From: Minisyncoccia bacterium
Lineage (GTDB): Bacteria; Patescibacteriota; Minisyncoccia; Phycocordibacterales; Phycocordibacteraceae
Direction: 5' to 3'
DNA: 64,000 nt
NCBI GenBank assembly: GCA_038228545.1
Contig: JBBRPE010000003.1
Coordinates: 442-64,441 of the forward strand
A program made the translations under genes and the position numbers. Every line of letters starts with the position of its first letter. Position 1 is the stretch's first letter. The notes beneath the pieces are model-generated. The model was not told the DNA's origin, made no database searches, and worked only from the letters and a program-made list of their open reading frames with translations. Shown in pieces: positions 20,435-30,905 of this stretch.

Positions 20435-21718
20435 CTAGGCGCGCATAGTTCTGCTCCGCGCCTTGCGGTGAAGCGTTATGGAAAAGCGATGGGCTTCTGA
20501 GTTTGCGAGCACTGCATCTGCGTCTGTAATGCCCGCCTTCTTACCACCCAGCACTTCACGCGGACGGTGCTTTTCGTCCTTCACGACTGCGGCTACTGGT
20601 ATACCGATGCCGAGCTCCTTCAGTACCACTTCAGCCGCCTTTTTATGGGTTAGCCCACCATCCACCACAATGGCGCGTGGGTAGGTCCACTCCGGATGTC
20701 CAAAACGACGTGAGAGGATTTCTTTCAGCGATGCGATGTCGTTATTTAAACTCTTCCCGCCTGCGCCACGTATTTTAAAGGAGCGATAGTCGCTCTTGAG
20801 AGGCATGCCAGCTTCAATAACTACCATAACGCCGATGGCATTCGTGCCAGATAGATGTGCCGTGTCATACGCCTCTATGCGCGGACCAGTATCTTCGGCA
20901 CGCGATTCGTCTTTTATGAGCGATACGTCCTGAATATGATCGAGTGCAAAGAGTTGATGTTTGATAGTCCCCGCGTCTTCAAAGCGCTCCTCCCGTATCG
21001 CGGATTTCATATCCTTACCAAGCTGCACTCGAAGTGCTTTCACTCGTCCGGAAAGAAAGAGAGAAACGTTACGTATTGAGCGCAAGTACTGTGTGCGGTC
21101 CATATTCCGAGGATACTGACCTATCTGACGATTGAACTCTACATTTGCCTGTAGGTGTTTATTGCCACCGGCGACTTTCCGGCCAAGTCCTTCTTTTGAT
21201 GGAAGAATGGGACGTGACGTATCGTAAAAAGGGAAGATGCGACGAATGAGACGAAGACCCTCGCGTAATTGGTAGCCGGACGGAAATGGTCCATGAATGT
21301 CTTTGAGTAGAAGTGTTCCAGAGCGCTTTGCTTTGAAATCAATATCCTTGCCTCGTATGGCGAGTACGCGTGGAATTTCTTCGTCGGTGATGACTGCATA
21401 GAGAAAGGTTTTGTCGTCCTTACCCATCGCGTTGGCTGGTGGATTATGTTCACGAATGAGTGCCGCTTCACGCACCAGTGCTTCGAGCACAGTGGGTGTT
21501 GTCTCGTGCATAAGGCCGTCAGCTTGCGTGACCATGTCGACGAGGCGTGGCCCACGTGTCGCTATAAGGTCGTCGTCGAAATACGAGCGCACGCGATCTC
21601 GAAGCGATGTCGCTTTTCCTACATACAGAATCTTTTTCGACTTCCCTTTGCCCTTGGTAAAGAGATACACACCCGGGCAGTCGGGCAAGTCGAACTTCTT
21701 CAGTTGTTCGCGCTCCAT
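20435..21718 (-). CDS. uvrC: Excinuclease ABC subunit C (short form, no HhH tail)
   Basis: GIY-YIG (PGVYLF...YVGKA.SLRDRVRSYF), UVR, RNaseH-like (RIEAYDTAH, VDGG, EAHRF). Confidence 0.93.
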   Translation of the reverse strand: MEREQLKKFDLPDCPGVYLFTKGKGKSKKILYVGKATSLRDRVRSYFDDDLIATRGPRLVDMVTQADGLMHETTPTVLEALVREAALIREHNPPANAMGKDDKTFLYAVITDEEIPRVLAIRGKDIDFKAKRSGTLLLKDIHGPFPSGYQLREGLRLIRRIFPFYDTSRPILPSKEGLGRKVAGGNKHLQANVEFNRQIGQYPRNMDRTQYLRSIRNVSLFLSGRVKALRVQLGKDMKSAIREERFEDAGTIKHQLFALDHIQDVSLIKDESRAEDTGPRIEAYDTAHLSGTNAIGVMVVIEAGMPLKSDYRSFKIRGAGGKSLNNDIASLKEILSRRFGHPEWTYPRAIVVDGGLTHKKAAEVVLKELGIGIPVAAVVKDEKHRPREVLGGKKAGITDADAVLANSEAHRFSITLHRKARSRTMRA

Positions 21719-21790
21719 ATATGAATATCCTACGCGTCTCGCGTACGTCCGTAAAATCTCCCAGTCCGCCTCATAAGGAGGCGGACTGTT

Positions 21791-22093
21791 TTATTCGGCA
21801 GCAAAAGCGACCGTGTGTACTGCGGCACGCTTCTTTCGTTCTTCGCGGCGACGCCACCTGACCCACGTGCGCCGTATCCGTAGCTTCAGTTCGCGCAGCT
21901 CCGCCTTTTCTTCGAACGTAAGCGGCTGTTCGTTGAGCGGAGCATGTCCCGGAAGCGGCTCCCACTTCACCAGCTTGTCGCCTTTCCGGTACTGACCCGT
22001 CAGTGTCGTTTCAGATACCCAAATGCCGTCAGAAGGCTTCCAGGTCGGTTTCGGTGTGGTGTAGCGGAAGAATTTCGGTTCTTCGTCGCTCAT
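21791..22093 (-). CDS. Orphan basic protein
   Basis: 100 aa; SD GAGGGGAG; terminator hairpin at ~21762-21790. Confidence 0.6.
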   Translation of the reverse strand: MSDEEPKFFRYTTPKPTWKPSDGIWVSETTLTGQYRKGDKLVKWEPLPGHAPLNEQPLTFEEKAELRELKLRIRRTWVRWRRREERKKRAAVHTVAFAAE

Positions 22094-22223
22094 TGTCTCT
22101 CCCCTCTATGCAAAGACGCACTCTAAAGTTCTAGTGTACTACGACTGGTATACATTGACGTCGTATAATTATCTTGTATAGTGCAGATTGGCCTGAATCA
22201 GACATAACCGAAAGGGTTTACAC

Positions 22224-22556
22224 ATGCATGCCATCCTCAACGGAGCTGCGAATTTGGGTATTCTCGTCGAACTCGCTCTCATAGCTCTCTACGCCAGCAC
22301 GATTGTAGTCACACTACTGCTCGTCTACCTCAAACCGAGACCGTGGAGAATGTGGCCTTACACACTGTCCGGAATCGCATGCACTGGTGTTTTCACAGCT
22401 ATCGCCGTCTTCTTCTTCCTCTTCTTGTGGCACCACCAAGCACACGATTGGAGAGTCTGGAGCGGCGGTGTCTCGGCTCTGTTTCTGGTGATCGGTGCAC
22501 TGTTCGGCTGGACGGTCGGCAGGTGGACACCCGCCCAGCCTGTTCCAGAGACCTAG
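22224..22556 (+). CDS. Orphan membrane protein (3 TM)
   Basis: Hydrophobic segments; SD AAAGGG; TTGACG...TATAGT promoter. Confidence 0.65.
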   Translation: MHAILNGAANLGILVELALIALYASTIVVTLLLVYLKPRPWRMWPYTLSGIACTGVFTAIAVFFFLFLWHHQAHDWRVWSGGVSALFLVIGALFGWTVGRWTPAQPVPET

Positions 22557-22620
22557 CTGCAACCAAGACAGCGGTAGTTCCCGCAAAAGCGTCCGTCCCG
22601 ATAGCAAAGGGCGGACGTTT

Positions 22621-25290
22621 TTATTTCTTATTTTTATTCTTCGCGTGCTTGCGGAGCATCTTCGCAAGATACTCGCCCGTATAGGAGCCTTCGGCTTCCG
22701 CCACCTCCTCCGGAGTTCCCTTCGCAATAATCTTTCCGCCCTTAAGACCACCTTCCGGCCCAAAGTCGATAAGCCAGTCTGCCGACTTAATCACGTCAAG
22801 ATTGTGTTCGATAACGACAACGGTATTACCGCGACGCACGAGCTCCTGGAGTATGTCGATAAGCTTCTTGACGTCGTCGTAGTGAAGACCGACTGTCGGC
22901 TCGTCCAGGAGATAGAGCGTCTTCATGGTATGTGGACGATAGAGCTCAGAAGCAATCTTCACGCGCTGTGCTTCACCTCCCGAGAGCGTCGTAGCTGACT
23001 GTCCGAGGGTAAGGTACTGCAGGCCAGTAGCGTTCAACTGTTCAAGCCGGTCATTGATAGCCGGAATATCCTTGAAGAATACTTCTGCTTCTTCAATGGT
23101 CATCTGTAGAACTTCATAGATATTCTTACCTTTGAAGCGTACTTCGAGTGTCTCGCGCATGAAGCGTGTGCCGTTACAGACGTCACAGGTGACGTATACC
23201 GTCGGCAAGAAGTGCATCTCCACCGCGATGGTGCCGTTCCCTTGGCAGGCTTCACAGCGTCCACCCGCAACGTTAAATGAGAACCGTCCTGGCTTCCAGC
23301 CACGTGCACGTGCTTCTGGCGTTGCGGCGAACAAATCACGAATGTGTGTAAACGAGCCCGTGTACGTAGCTGGGTTTGAGCGCGGTGTACGACCGATTGG
23401 GGACTGGTCTATTAGTACGACGCGTCCGACGTATTCAGTGCCCGTCATACTCGCAATGTGCTCCAGCTTCGATTCACGCCTAGCGAACCGGGCAGCAACG
23501 TTGCGATGCAGAATATCGTAGAGGAACGTGGACTTCCCTGAGCCTGACACACCGGTAATGGCAACAAGTTTGCCAAGTGGTACATCGACGTTTTGGTTCT
23601 TTAGGTTATGCAGTGTTGCTCCCTTTATGGAAATCTTTCCTTTCTCGCTCTCACGGCGCTCCTCAGGGACTTCAATCTCCCTCTCCCCACGCAGATACGC
23701 AAGCGTAGACGAACCACTTTCGTTTTTATCCGCAGTGAGTAAGTCCTCGAGCCAACCTGACGCGACAACCTTTCCGCCGTGAGTACCAGCTCCTGGCCCA
23801 ATATCTATAAGGTAGTCGGAGGCATAGATAGTGTCTTCGTCGTGCTCAACGACGAGAATGGTATTTCCTAAATCCTTCAGACGCAGAAGTGTCTGTATCA
23901 GGCGGTCGTTATCGCGTTGATGCAGACCAATGGTTGGCTCATCGAGCACATAGAGTGCACCGACGAGTCCCGTACCGAGCTGTGACGCGAGGCGAATGCG
24001 CTGTGCCTCACCACCCGAGAGCGTTGCGGCAGAGCGGTTCAGCGTGAGGTAGTCGAGACCGACGTTCAACATGAAGTCGAGTCGAGAGGTTATTTCACGC
24101 AGTATTGGTAGTGCAATCTCTGCTCGCATTTCGGAAAGTTCGAGATGGTCCATGAAATCCTTTGCTTCACGAATTGAGAAATTGGTGAAATCGACAATAT
24201 TGATACCAAGGCCGTTGTTTATCTTCGGATTCTTTTTTCCGGAAAGGTAGACACGAAGTGCTTCGGGTCGCAGACGCTTCCCTTCACACACCGGACAGAC
24301 CTCCTCGGAGAAGAGGGACTTTGTGCCAAGACCATTACAAGCCGGGCATGCGCCGTAAGGACTATTGAATGAAAAAAGACGCGGCTCTACTTCCGGGAAG
24401 GACACGCCGTCATCTGCACAGATAAACTTCGCCGAGAGAGTCTCCATAGTCCCGTCAGCGTGTTTAATCTTTACGAGACCATCACTTTCCTTAAGTGCGA
24501 GCTCGAGCGCTTCAGAAAGGCGTTCACGCGCAGCATCCGGAGTGCGAACGAATTCGGAGACGAATATGGAGTCCACCTGAGCATCGATGTCGTGTCGCTT
24601 GTTGCGGTCGAGCTCAATCTTTTCGCGAAGGGTGTGCAACTTTCCATCAATAACTGCCTTTTCGTAGCCCTTACCAAGAAGATCGTAAAGGAGCTGGTAG
24701 TACTCGCCCTTACGGCCAACAACGACTGGTGCATAGATAGTTACGACACTTCGGTCCAGTGATACCTCCATGACGTTGACGTTGTCACCACCCGTCTTCG
24801 CGCTAATACGCTTCTGAATAAGCCCAATCATCTCCTCCTTCGAGAGCTTTGATATAGGCACGTCGTGATTCGTACAATACGGCTGGCCGGCACGAGCATA
24901 GAGCACACGGAGATAATCATAAATTTCAGTCACGGTAGCGACTGTTGAGCGTGGGTTATTCGAACGAGACTTCTGATCTATGGAAATAGCGGGTGAGAGG
25001 CCGGTGATTTCGTCCACGTCCGGCTTCTGCATCTGATTCAGGAACTGACGTGCGTATGCAGAAAGTGACTCGACATAGCGACGCTGGCCTTCCGCAAAAA
25101 TTGTATCGAAAGCAAATGACGACTTACCTGAGCCGGAAAGCCCCGTGACCACGGTCATCGCTCCACGAGGAAATTCCGTCGAGATATTTTTCAAATTATG
25201 AGTACGCGCACCCTTCACGCGAATCCATTGGTCCGCGTTTGCATGTTTTTCGTGCGTGTCTTTCTTTTCTACTTTTTTAGGAGTTGCCAT
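22621..25290 (-). CDS. uvrA: Excinuclease ABC subunit A
   Basis: Two ABC cassettes ([18 protein letters not shown]), LSGGEAQR twice, Zn fingers. Confidence 0.99.
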   Translation of the reverse strand: MATPKKVEKKDTHEKHANADQWIRVKGARTHNLKNISTEFPRGAMTVVTGLSGSGKSSFAFDTIFAEGQRRYVESLSAYARQFLNQMQKPDVDEITGLSPAISIDQKSRSNNPRSTVATVTEIYDYLRVLYARAGQPYCTNHDVPISKLSKEEMIGLIQKRISAKTGGDNVNVMEVSLDRSVVTIYAPVVVGRKGEYYQLLYDLLGKGYEKAVIDGKLHTLREKIELDRNKRHDIDAQVDSIFVSEFVRTPDAARERLSEALELALKESDGLVKIKHADGTMETLSAKFICADDGVSFPEVEPRLFSFNSPYGACPACNGLGTKSLFSEEVCPVCEGKRLRPEALRVYLSGKKNPKINNGLGINIVDFTNFSIREAKDFMDHLELSEMRAEIALPILREITSRLDFMLNVGLDYLTLNRSAATLSGGEAQRIRLASQLGTGLVGALYVLDEPTIGLHQRDNDRLIQTLLRLKDLGNTILVVEHDEDTIYASDYLIDIGPGAGTHGGKVVASGWLEDLLTADKNESGSSTLAYLRGEREIEVPEERRESEKGKISIKGATLHNLKNQNVDVPLGKLVAITGVSGSGKSTFLYDILHRNVAARFARRESKLEHIASMTGTEYVGRVVLIDQSPIGRTPRSNPATYTGSFTHIRDLFAATPEARARGWKPGRFSFNVAGGRCEACQGNGTIAVEMHFLPTVYVTCDVCNGTRFMRETLEVRFKGKNIYEVLQMTIEEAEVFFKDIPAINDRLEQLNATGLQYLTLGQSATTLSGGEAQRVKIASELYRPHTMKTLYLLDEPTVGLHYDDVKKLIDILQELVRRGNTVVVIEHNLDVIKSADWLIDFGPEGGLKGGKIIAKGTPEEVAEAEGSYTGEYLAKMLRKHAKNKNKK

Positions 25291-25384
25291 CTATTTATTT
25301 GGTCTTCATACCATAGGTACGAAGACACCCGGCCCTTGGAGGGACCGGTACTATATGAGTATACCATTTGACGCACCTGTGTGC

Positions 25385-25828
25385 TTAGACAGTACCTGGA
25401 GGAACGGATGCTTCAGGTGCGGGCGTAGCAACGGGAGCGGTTTGTGTAGAAGCTGCAGCAAGCGAGAGCTCTATCTTCGAAACGATTTCTTCTATCGGCA
25501 CCTCAGCTTTAATAAGATAGTCGTTTGCCCCAAGCGCAATTGCACGGTCTTTGTCCTTCTGCTGACCGAGATTAGACACAATAATGACCGGTGTTTTTGC
25601 GAGGTCGTCTGTACGTGTACGGATTGATTCAAGAACGGCGAAACCGTCCATGGTAGGAAGCATAAGGTCGAGCAGTACGAGCGCGGGCTTATTCTGCTCG
25701 AATAAAGCGAGTGCCTCGTTGCCATCGCTGGCATAGAGGGTCTGGTACTTACCAGCCATCGTGTGACCGATGAGGTTTTTCAAAATAGGGTCGTCCTCGA
25801 CAACAAGTATAAATTTGGTTTCAGGCAT
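25385..25828 (-). CDS. Single-domain response regulator
   Basis: VVEDD, LLDLMLP, SN, K receiver residues. Confidence 0.93.
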   Translation of the reverse strand: MPETKFILVVEDDPILKNLIGHTMAGKYQTLYASDGNEALALFEQNKPALVLLDLMLPTMDGFAVLESIRTRTDDLAKTPVIIVSNLGQQKDKDRAIALGANDYLIKAEVPIEEIVSKIELSLAAASTQTAPVATPAPEASVPPGTV

Positions 25829-25854
25829 AGTGTCATTTTAGCACCCGCAGGGGA

Positions 25855-26952
25855 TTAGTTTGCAACCGGCAAACTGAAGGTAAATGTAGTTCCCGCTCCA
25901 TCTTTATTCCCCTCAAAATTAAGGTCTCCTCCATGATCGGTCGCTATAGTGCGAGCAATATAGAGCCCGAGACCATTTCCTGAGTTTTCTTTTTGTATCG
26001 CATTCTGGGCTCGGTAGAAGCGTTCAAAGATGCTGGCACGATCACCTTCTTTAATACCAATCCCCGAATCTTTCACGTGTATAAATATTCTTCCGAGGCC
26101 TGCGTCCATAAATACACGCACCGTGCCACCTGCCGGTGTATAGCGAATTGCGTTTTCTACAAGGTTATTGAGAACCCACTTAATACGCTCGCGGTCTGCC
26201 TTTGCCTTAGCGAGTGGTACTTCGCTTTTCTCATAGTACAGAGTTACCTGGCGGGTCTGTGCGAGTGGACTAAAATCACGTGTAATTTCTTCAAGCACAT
26301 CGCTCATATTCACCGGCTCAAACTTGTATTTGTATTTACCTGATTCAATAGCCGAAATATCAAGAAGCGTGCCGATGATAGTCACCAGGTCGCGACTCTT
26401 GGTGACGGCACTATCGACGAGCACTTGCTGGTCTGCATTTAAACCAGACGTTTGTAGAGCTTCAAGCGCCCAGCGTATGCCCGTCATGGGAGTGCGCAGC
26501 TGATGCGCAGCAGTTGAAATAAAATCCGACTTCATACGTGAGACTTCCATATCGCGATTGTGCACGCGCTCCACGTTGTTGGTGTATTCCTGGAACGCTT
26601 CCACGAAAGAGCTGACCTCAATGATTGACTTGTCTAGGTGTGGCAGAGGCATCTGACGGTTGTGCTGTGCAAACTCGTTCATGGCGAGTCCAATCGTTTT
26701 TACCGGCTTAATAATTGCTCGGGTAATGAACAGATATAGCCAGACAAACAACAGCGCGATAAGTGCATAGAGCAGACCGGCACAAATATAGAGTATGAAC
26801 GCAGATGGTGCCTCAACACCAAAAACGAGAATGGAGTACGGAAGCAATCCTCCGAGCAGGCCCCAGATAATCTGGAACGCGAGTAACGTGAAGCCGCAAA
26901 TAAGTAAGAGCGACCCAGCAAAGAGAGCGGTAAGGAGCGTGCGTGCAGACAT
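25855..26952 (-). CDS. HAMP-domain sensor histidine kinase
   Basis: AHQLRTP H-box, NLVENAIRY, DSGIGI, GNGLGL. Confidence 0.95.
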   Translation of the reverse strand: MSARTLLTALFAGSLLLICGFTLLAFQIIWGLLGGLLPYSILVFGVEAPSAFILYICAGLLYALIALLFVWLYLFITRAIIKPVKTIGLAMNEFAQHNRQMPLPHLDKSIIEVSSFVEAFQEYTNNVERVHNRDMEVSRMKSDFISTAAHQLRTPMTGIRWALEALQTSGLNADQQVLVDSAVTKSRDLVTIIGTLLDISAIESGKYKYKFEPVNMSDVLEEITRDFSPLAQTRQVTLYYEKSEVPLAKAKADRERIKWVLNNLVENAIRYTPAGGTVRVFMDAGLGRIFIHVKDSGIGIKEGDRASIFERFYRAQNAIQKENSGNGLGLYIARTIATDHGGDLNFEGNKDGAGTTFTFSLPVAN

Positions 26953-26992
26953 GTATATATCGTAGCACTACACACACGCACGACGGTAGAAA

Positions 26993-29059
26993 TTATCGCC
27001 CTCGACGTCGAGCTCGAGAAGGTGGCGCACCTTTCGGTTCCTTGCCCTCAAGCACGTAAATTTCATCACGCAGTATTGCAGCGGTTTCGAAGTCGAGCGC
27101 CTCAACTGCTTCACCCATCTGCTGTCGCTTGTCCTTAAGAAAACCTTGCGGATCTTCCTCGTACAGCTTTGCATCGAGCTCAAGCAAGCCAGCGACTGTC
27201 TTTTGATGCTCGGTCCGCATTGATGCCGCAATATCCTTAATTTCCTTTTTAATGGTCGCGGGAGTAATACCATGCTTTGTGTTGTATGCCTCTTGAATAG
27301 TCCGTCTGCGGTTCGTCTCAGAAATGGCACGGTCTAAGGAACCGGTCATGTTGTCGGCGTAGAGAATAACGCGACCAAGTACGTTGCGGGCGGCGCGACC
27401 AATAGTCTGTATGAGAGAGGTCTCCGAGCGCAAGAATCCTTCCTTGTCGGCATCGAGTATGCCGACAAGCTCTACCTCCGGAAGGTCGAGTCCCTCTCGA
27501 AGTAAGTTCACGCCGACGAGTATGTCGAATTCGCCCTTGCGGAAAGCGGTGAGTATTTCTATACGCTCGATAGTTTTAATATCCGAATGCAAATATTCAG
27601 CTTTGATTGACTTCGCACGAAGGAAGTCGGAAAGGTCCTCTGCCATTTGCTTCGTGAGTGTGGTCGCGAGAGCACGGCCACCGCGTTTAATTACGATTTC
27701 GCTCTCTGCAATAAAGTCAGCAATCTGACCGGGATAGCTTCCCTCTTCTGTTACGGGGCGCACGGTAAGCTCGGGATCAATAAGCCCGGTTGGACGAATA
27801 ATCTGTTCAACCACCTGACCCTTGGGCGCAACAGAGTGCTCACGTTCGTAGTTCCCCGGTGTTGCAGACGTAAAGATGACCTGGCCGATATTCTTTTCGA
27901 ATTCTTCAAATTGCAGAGGTCGATTATCGCGCGCCGACGGAAGACGGAAACCATGCTCGACAAGTACATCCTTGCGCGAACGGTCTCCGGCGTACATGCC
28001 ACCTATTTGCGACACCGTCACGTGGGATTCATCAAGAACCGTGAGGAAGTCAGCCGAACCATCTTTCTTGTGCGGGAAATAGGAAAGAAGCGTAAACGGT
28101 GGCTCACCCGGCGAGCGGCCATCGAAGTGTCGAGAATAATTCTCAATACCACTCGTGTACCCCATCTCACGAATCATTGCGAGATCGTGTTGGGTACGGC
28201 GCTTCAAGCGCTCATGTTCAAGTGGCTTCTCCTCACGTTTAAGCTGACCGAGTCGCTCCTCAAGCTCATTCTTAATGCTTTCAATAGCACGCGCTCTGTC
28301 GTCTTCGTCTGAGACGAAGTGCTTTGCCGGAAAGATAAATAATGACTCCGGTGAGCTGGTCTTTGCGCGCGAGACGGGATCAAGGGCATCGATATGGGCG
28401 ACCTTGTCGTCATCAAACGTAATTTTATATACAGCACGTTCGTTAACCGGCATTATCTCTATTGCGTTGCCGACAGCACGTATTTTTCCCGGTTCTAGGT
28501 CTGCGTTCGTGCGTTCGAAATAAATGCCAACGAGTTTGCGGATAAGTGCCGCGCGATTCTCTGGCTCACCTACTACGAGCTTAACGTGTACCTTTTCGTA
28601 ATTTGCAGGTGAGCCGAGTCCGTAGATAGCAGAGACGGACGCCACAATAATAACGTCCGAGCGTGTGAGCAGGGCCTGTGTCGCCGCGTGACGCAATCGA
28701 TCAATTTCCTGGTTTATTTGTGCTTCCTTTTCTATAAACGTATCGGAACGAGCGATATATGCTTCCGGCTGATAGTAGTCATAGTAGGAAACGAAATAGT
28801 GAACAGCGTTCTCGGGAAAGAATTCGCGGTATTCCTGCGCAAGCTGAGCCGCGAGTGTCTTGTTGTGAGCCATGACCAAGGTCGGCTTACCTATGTTCTG
28901 AATGACGTTTGCAATGGTGTAGGTCTTGCCCGAGCCAGTCACTCCAAGCAGAGTCTGGTAGGGCAGACCCGTCTCTACACCCTCGGTAAGCTTCTTGATA
29001 GCAGCTGGCTGATCGCCCGCAGGCGGAAACGGCGAATGTATCTTGAATTGACCTTCCAT
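26993..29059 (-). CDS. uvrB: Excinuclease ABC subunit B
   Basis: GVTGSGKT, YYDYYQPEAY, DESH, QTIGRAARN. Confidence 0.99.
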   Translation of the reverse strand: MEGQFKIHSPFPPAGDQPAAIKKLTEGVETGLPYQTLLGVTGSGKTYTIANVIQNIGKPTLVMAHNKTLAAQLAQEYREFFPENAVHYFVSYYDYYQPEAYIARSDTFIEKEAQINQEIDRLRHAATQALLTRSDVIIVASVSAIYGLGSPANYEKVHVKLVVGEPENRAALIRKLVGIYFERTNADLEPGKIRAVGNAIEIMPVNERAVYKITFDDDKVAHIDALDPVSRAKTSSPESLFIFPAKHFVSDEDDRARAIESIKNELEERLGQLKREEKPLEHERLKRRTQHDLAMIREMGYTSGIENYSRHFDGRSPGEPPFTLLSYFPHKKDGSADFLTVLDESHVTVSQIGGMYAGDRSRKDVLVEHGFRLPSARDNRPLQFEEFEKNIGQVIFTSATPGNYEREHSVAPKGQVVEQIIRPTGLIDPELTVRPVTEEGSYPGQIADFIAESEIVIKRGGRALATTLTKQMAEDLSDFLRAKSIKAEYLHSDIKTIERIEILTAFRKGEFDILVGVNLLREGLDLPEVELVGILDADKEGFLRSETSLIQTIGRAARNVLGRVILYADNMTGSLDRAISETNRRRTIQEAYNTKHGITPATIKKEIKDIAASMRTEHQKTVAGLLELDAKLYEEDPQGFLKDKRQQMGEAVEALDFETAAILRDEIYVLEGKEPKGAPPSRARRRGR

Positions 29060-29116
29060 ACAGCCATTGTATATTCGTTTGGGGAACTTCGCATTAACGC
29101 AGAAAGGAGGAGCCCC

Positions 29117-29503
29117 ATGTTGGAAGACACTGTGGCTACTGCCATTGCGGGACAGCCGAAACTTCGAGATCTCTACTACAAAATGCTCGCGCTGTATACA
29201 CAGCTCGACAAGACGATTCTCGTCAGTGCACTACCGGTTTTTGTGGACGGGGCCGGAGTTGTCTTCGACGGCGCGCGCGAAAACCTGAGTGTCGCTAAGC
29301 CGGGCACCAATACATACAGGCGCGACATCTTCGACGAGCTTCTCTTCGTCGCACACGGCTTGTCTGTAGGCCGATACGACGAATCGGAGAGGGAGCTGTT
29401 CGAGTCCATGAGCCAGCATGTGCTCACTTCGATTGAAAGAAGCGGTGAGGTCTTCGCTCGTAGTTCTGCTGTGCCGACGGTACCGAAGGAGAAGTTCATG
29501 TAG
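29117..29503 (+). CDS. Orphan hypothetical protein
   Basis: SD AGGAGGAG before MLEDTV; the upstream part of the 28688 ORF is antisense to uvrB. Confidence 0.7.
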   Translation: MLEDTVATAIAGQPKLRDLYYKMLALYTQLDKTILVSALPVFVDGAGVVFDGARENLSVAKPGTNTYRRDIFDELLFVAHGLSVGRYDESERELFESMSQHVLTSIERSGEVFARSSAVPTVPKEKFM

Positions 29504-29529
29504 GAGGTCGCCCCTTGGGGCGACCTTTC

Positions 29530-30741
29530 CTAGTAGTACTTTTCTACAAAGTCTTTTCGATACTGCTCAAAAGTTCCTGCATGAATCGCCTCACGTGCAC
29601 CGTCCACGAGTTTAATAATGAAGCCGAGATTGTGCATTGAGCAGAGTATGGAGCCCAACATCTCGCCCGCACGCAGTTGTGAAGAAATATACGCACGGGA
29701 AAATCCTTCCGTTCCGGCGACAATAGTCTCCGGGTCGAGCGGACCGTAGTCGTTTTTAAATTTCTCACCCTTGAGGTGCAGAATACCGTGTGTCGTATAT
29801 ATGGAGCCATGACGCCCGATGCGCGTTGCTGCGACACAATCAAAGAGATCCATGCCTTCCGCTATACCGGTTAGGATATCGCCCGGTTCTCCAATGCCGA
29901 GGAAGTGGCGCGGCTTTCCTTCCGGAAGTTCCGGGATAGCGGCCTGCAATGCCCCGTCCATGTCCTCTTTACTAAAGGAACCGCCGATACCAAAGCCATC
30001 GAAGTCCATGCTCGCAATTTCCTTTGCACTTTCCTTGCGCAAATCCGCGTACCGTCCTCCTTGGACGATTCCGAAAATCGCCTGCTTCTGATTAGCGTCA
30101 AGATTTTGGCGATGGGCTTTCAGTGAACGCTCTGCCCATTTGTGTGTACGACGCATGGCTTCCGCTTGGTATTCATACGGCTCCGTCGGACTGGTGCATT
30201 CATCAAACGCGAAGAACATATCGGCTCCGAGTGCATGCTGAATCTCGACCGAGCGCTCCGGTGTAAACCGATGCAGAGAGCCATCGAGATGTGAGGTGAA
30301 TGTCACACCTTCTTCGTCAATGACCGCAAGCTGTCCGTGCTGACTCGCAACGTCTTCGTCGTAAACGGAGACTACCTGGTCGTTCGCATTCTCCTCACCC
30401 TTCGCAATCTTCGTAATCGTCTTGCCGAAGGCAGCACCCAAAGAGAATACTTGAAACCCGCCCGAGTCAGTCATGGTCGGACCTTTCCACCCCATGAACG
30501 CTCCGAGTCCACCGGCGTCTTGTATGATTTTTTCTCCTGGTTGCAGATAGAGATGATACGTATTCGCAAGCACTACCTGAGCACCCATTTTTTCGAGTGC
30601 ACTCGGTAACACGCCCTTTACACCAGCCTTCGTTCCGACCGGCACAAAGGCTGGTGTTTGCACTACTCCATGAAGCGTTGTGAGGGTGGCGGCCCGCGCG
30701 CGACCGTCACGTGCCGTGATATCGAAGGATAAAGACTTCAT
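29530..30741 (-). CDS. tgt: tRNA-guanine transglycosylase
   Basis: TPAFVPVGT, NTYHL, TDSGGFQVFSL, FDEC, QGG, DLFDCV, HNL. Confidence 0.96.
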   Translation of the reverse strand: MKSLSFDITARDGRARAATLTTLHGVVQTPAFVPVGTKAGVKGVLPSALEKMGAQVVLANTYHLYLQPGEKIIQDAGGLGAFMGWKGPTMTDSGGFQVFSLGAAFGKTITKIAKGEENANDQVVSVYDEDVASQHGQLAVIDEEGVTFTSHLDGSLHRFTPERSVEIQHALGADMFFAFDECTSPTEPYEYQAEAMRRTHKWAERSLKAHRQNLDANQKQAIFGIVQGGRYADLRKESAKEIASMDFDGFGIGGSFSKEDMDGALQAAIPELPEGKPRHFLGIGEPGDILTGIAEGMDLFDCVAATRIGRHGSIYTTHGILHLKGEKFKNDYGPLDPETIVAGTEGFSRAYISSQLRAGEMLGSILCSMHNLGFIIKLVDGAREAIHAGTFEQYRKDFVEKYY

Positions 30742-30905
30742 ATCTACCTAAAGTAGCGGTCTCCGGTGTATTGAGCAACCAAATACGGCTTTGTACCAGG
30801 GTATTGACACATTCACAAACGTAGTGTATATACTTATATTAGGTACTTGTTCTTCACAGTCTAGTTGGAGAACCAGGCCATTACAGCAACAGGAGGGCAT
30901 CTCAG

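Noticed and set aside
22314-28523. Many 60-220-aa ORFs overlapping uvrA/uvrB (and likewise the atp genes and topA)
   Set aside because: Antisense or alternate-frame shadows of well-supported genes.
28688-29116. N-terminal extension of the 271-aa ORF
   Set aside because: Antisense to uvrB; a strong SD marks the real start at 29117.
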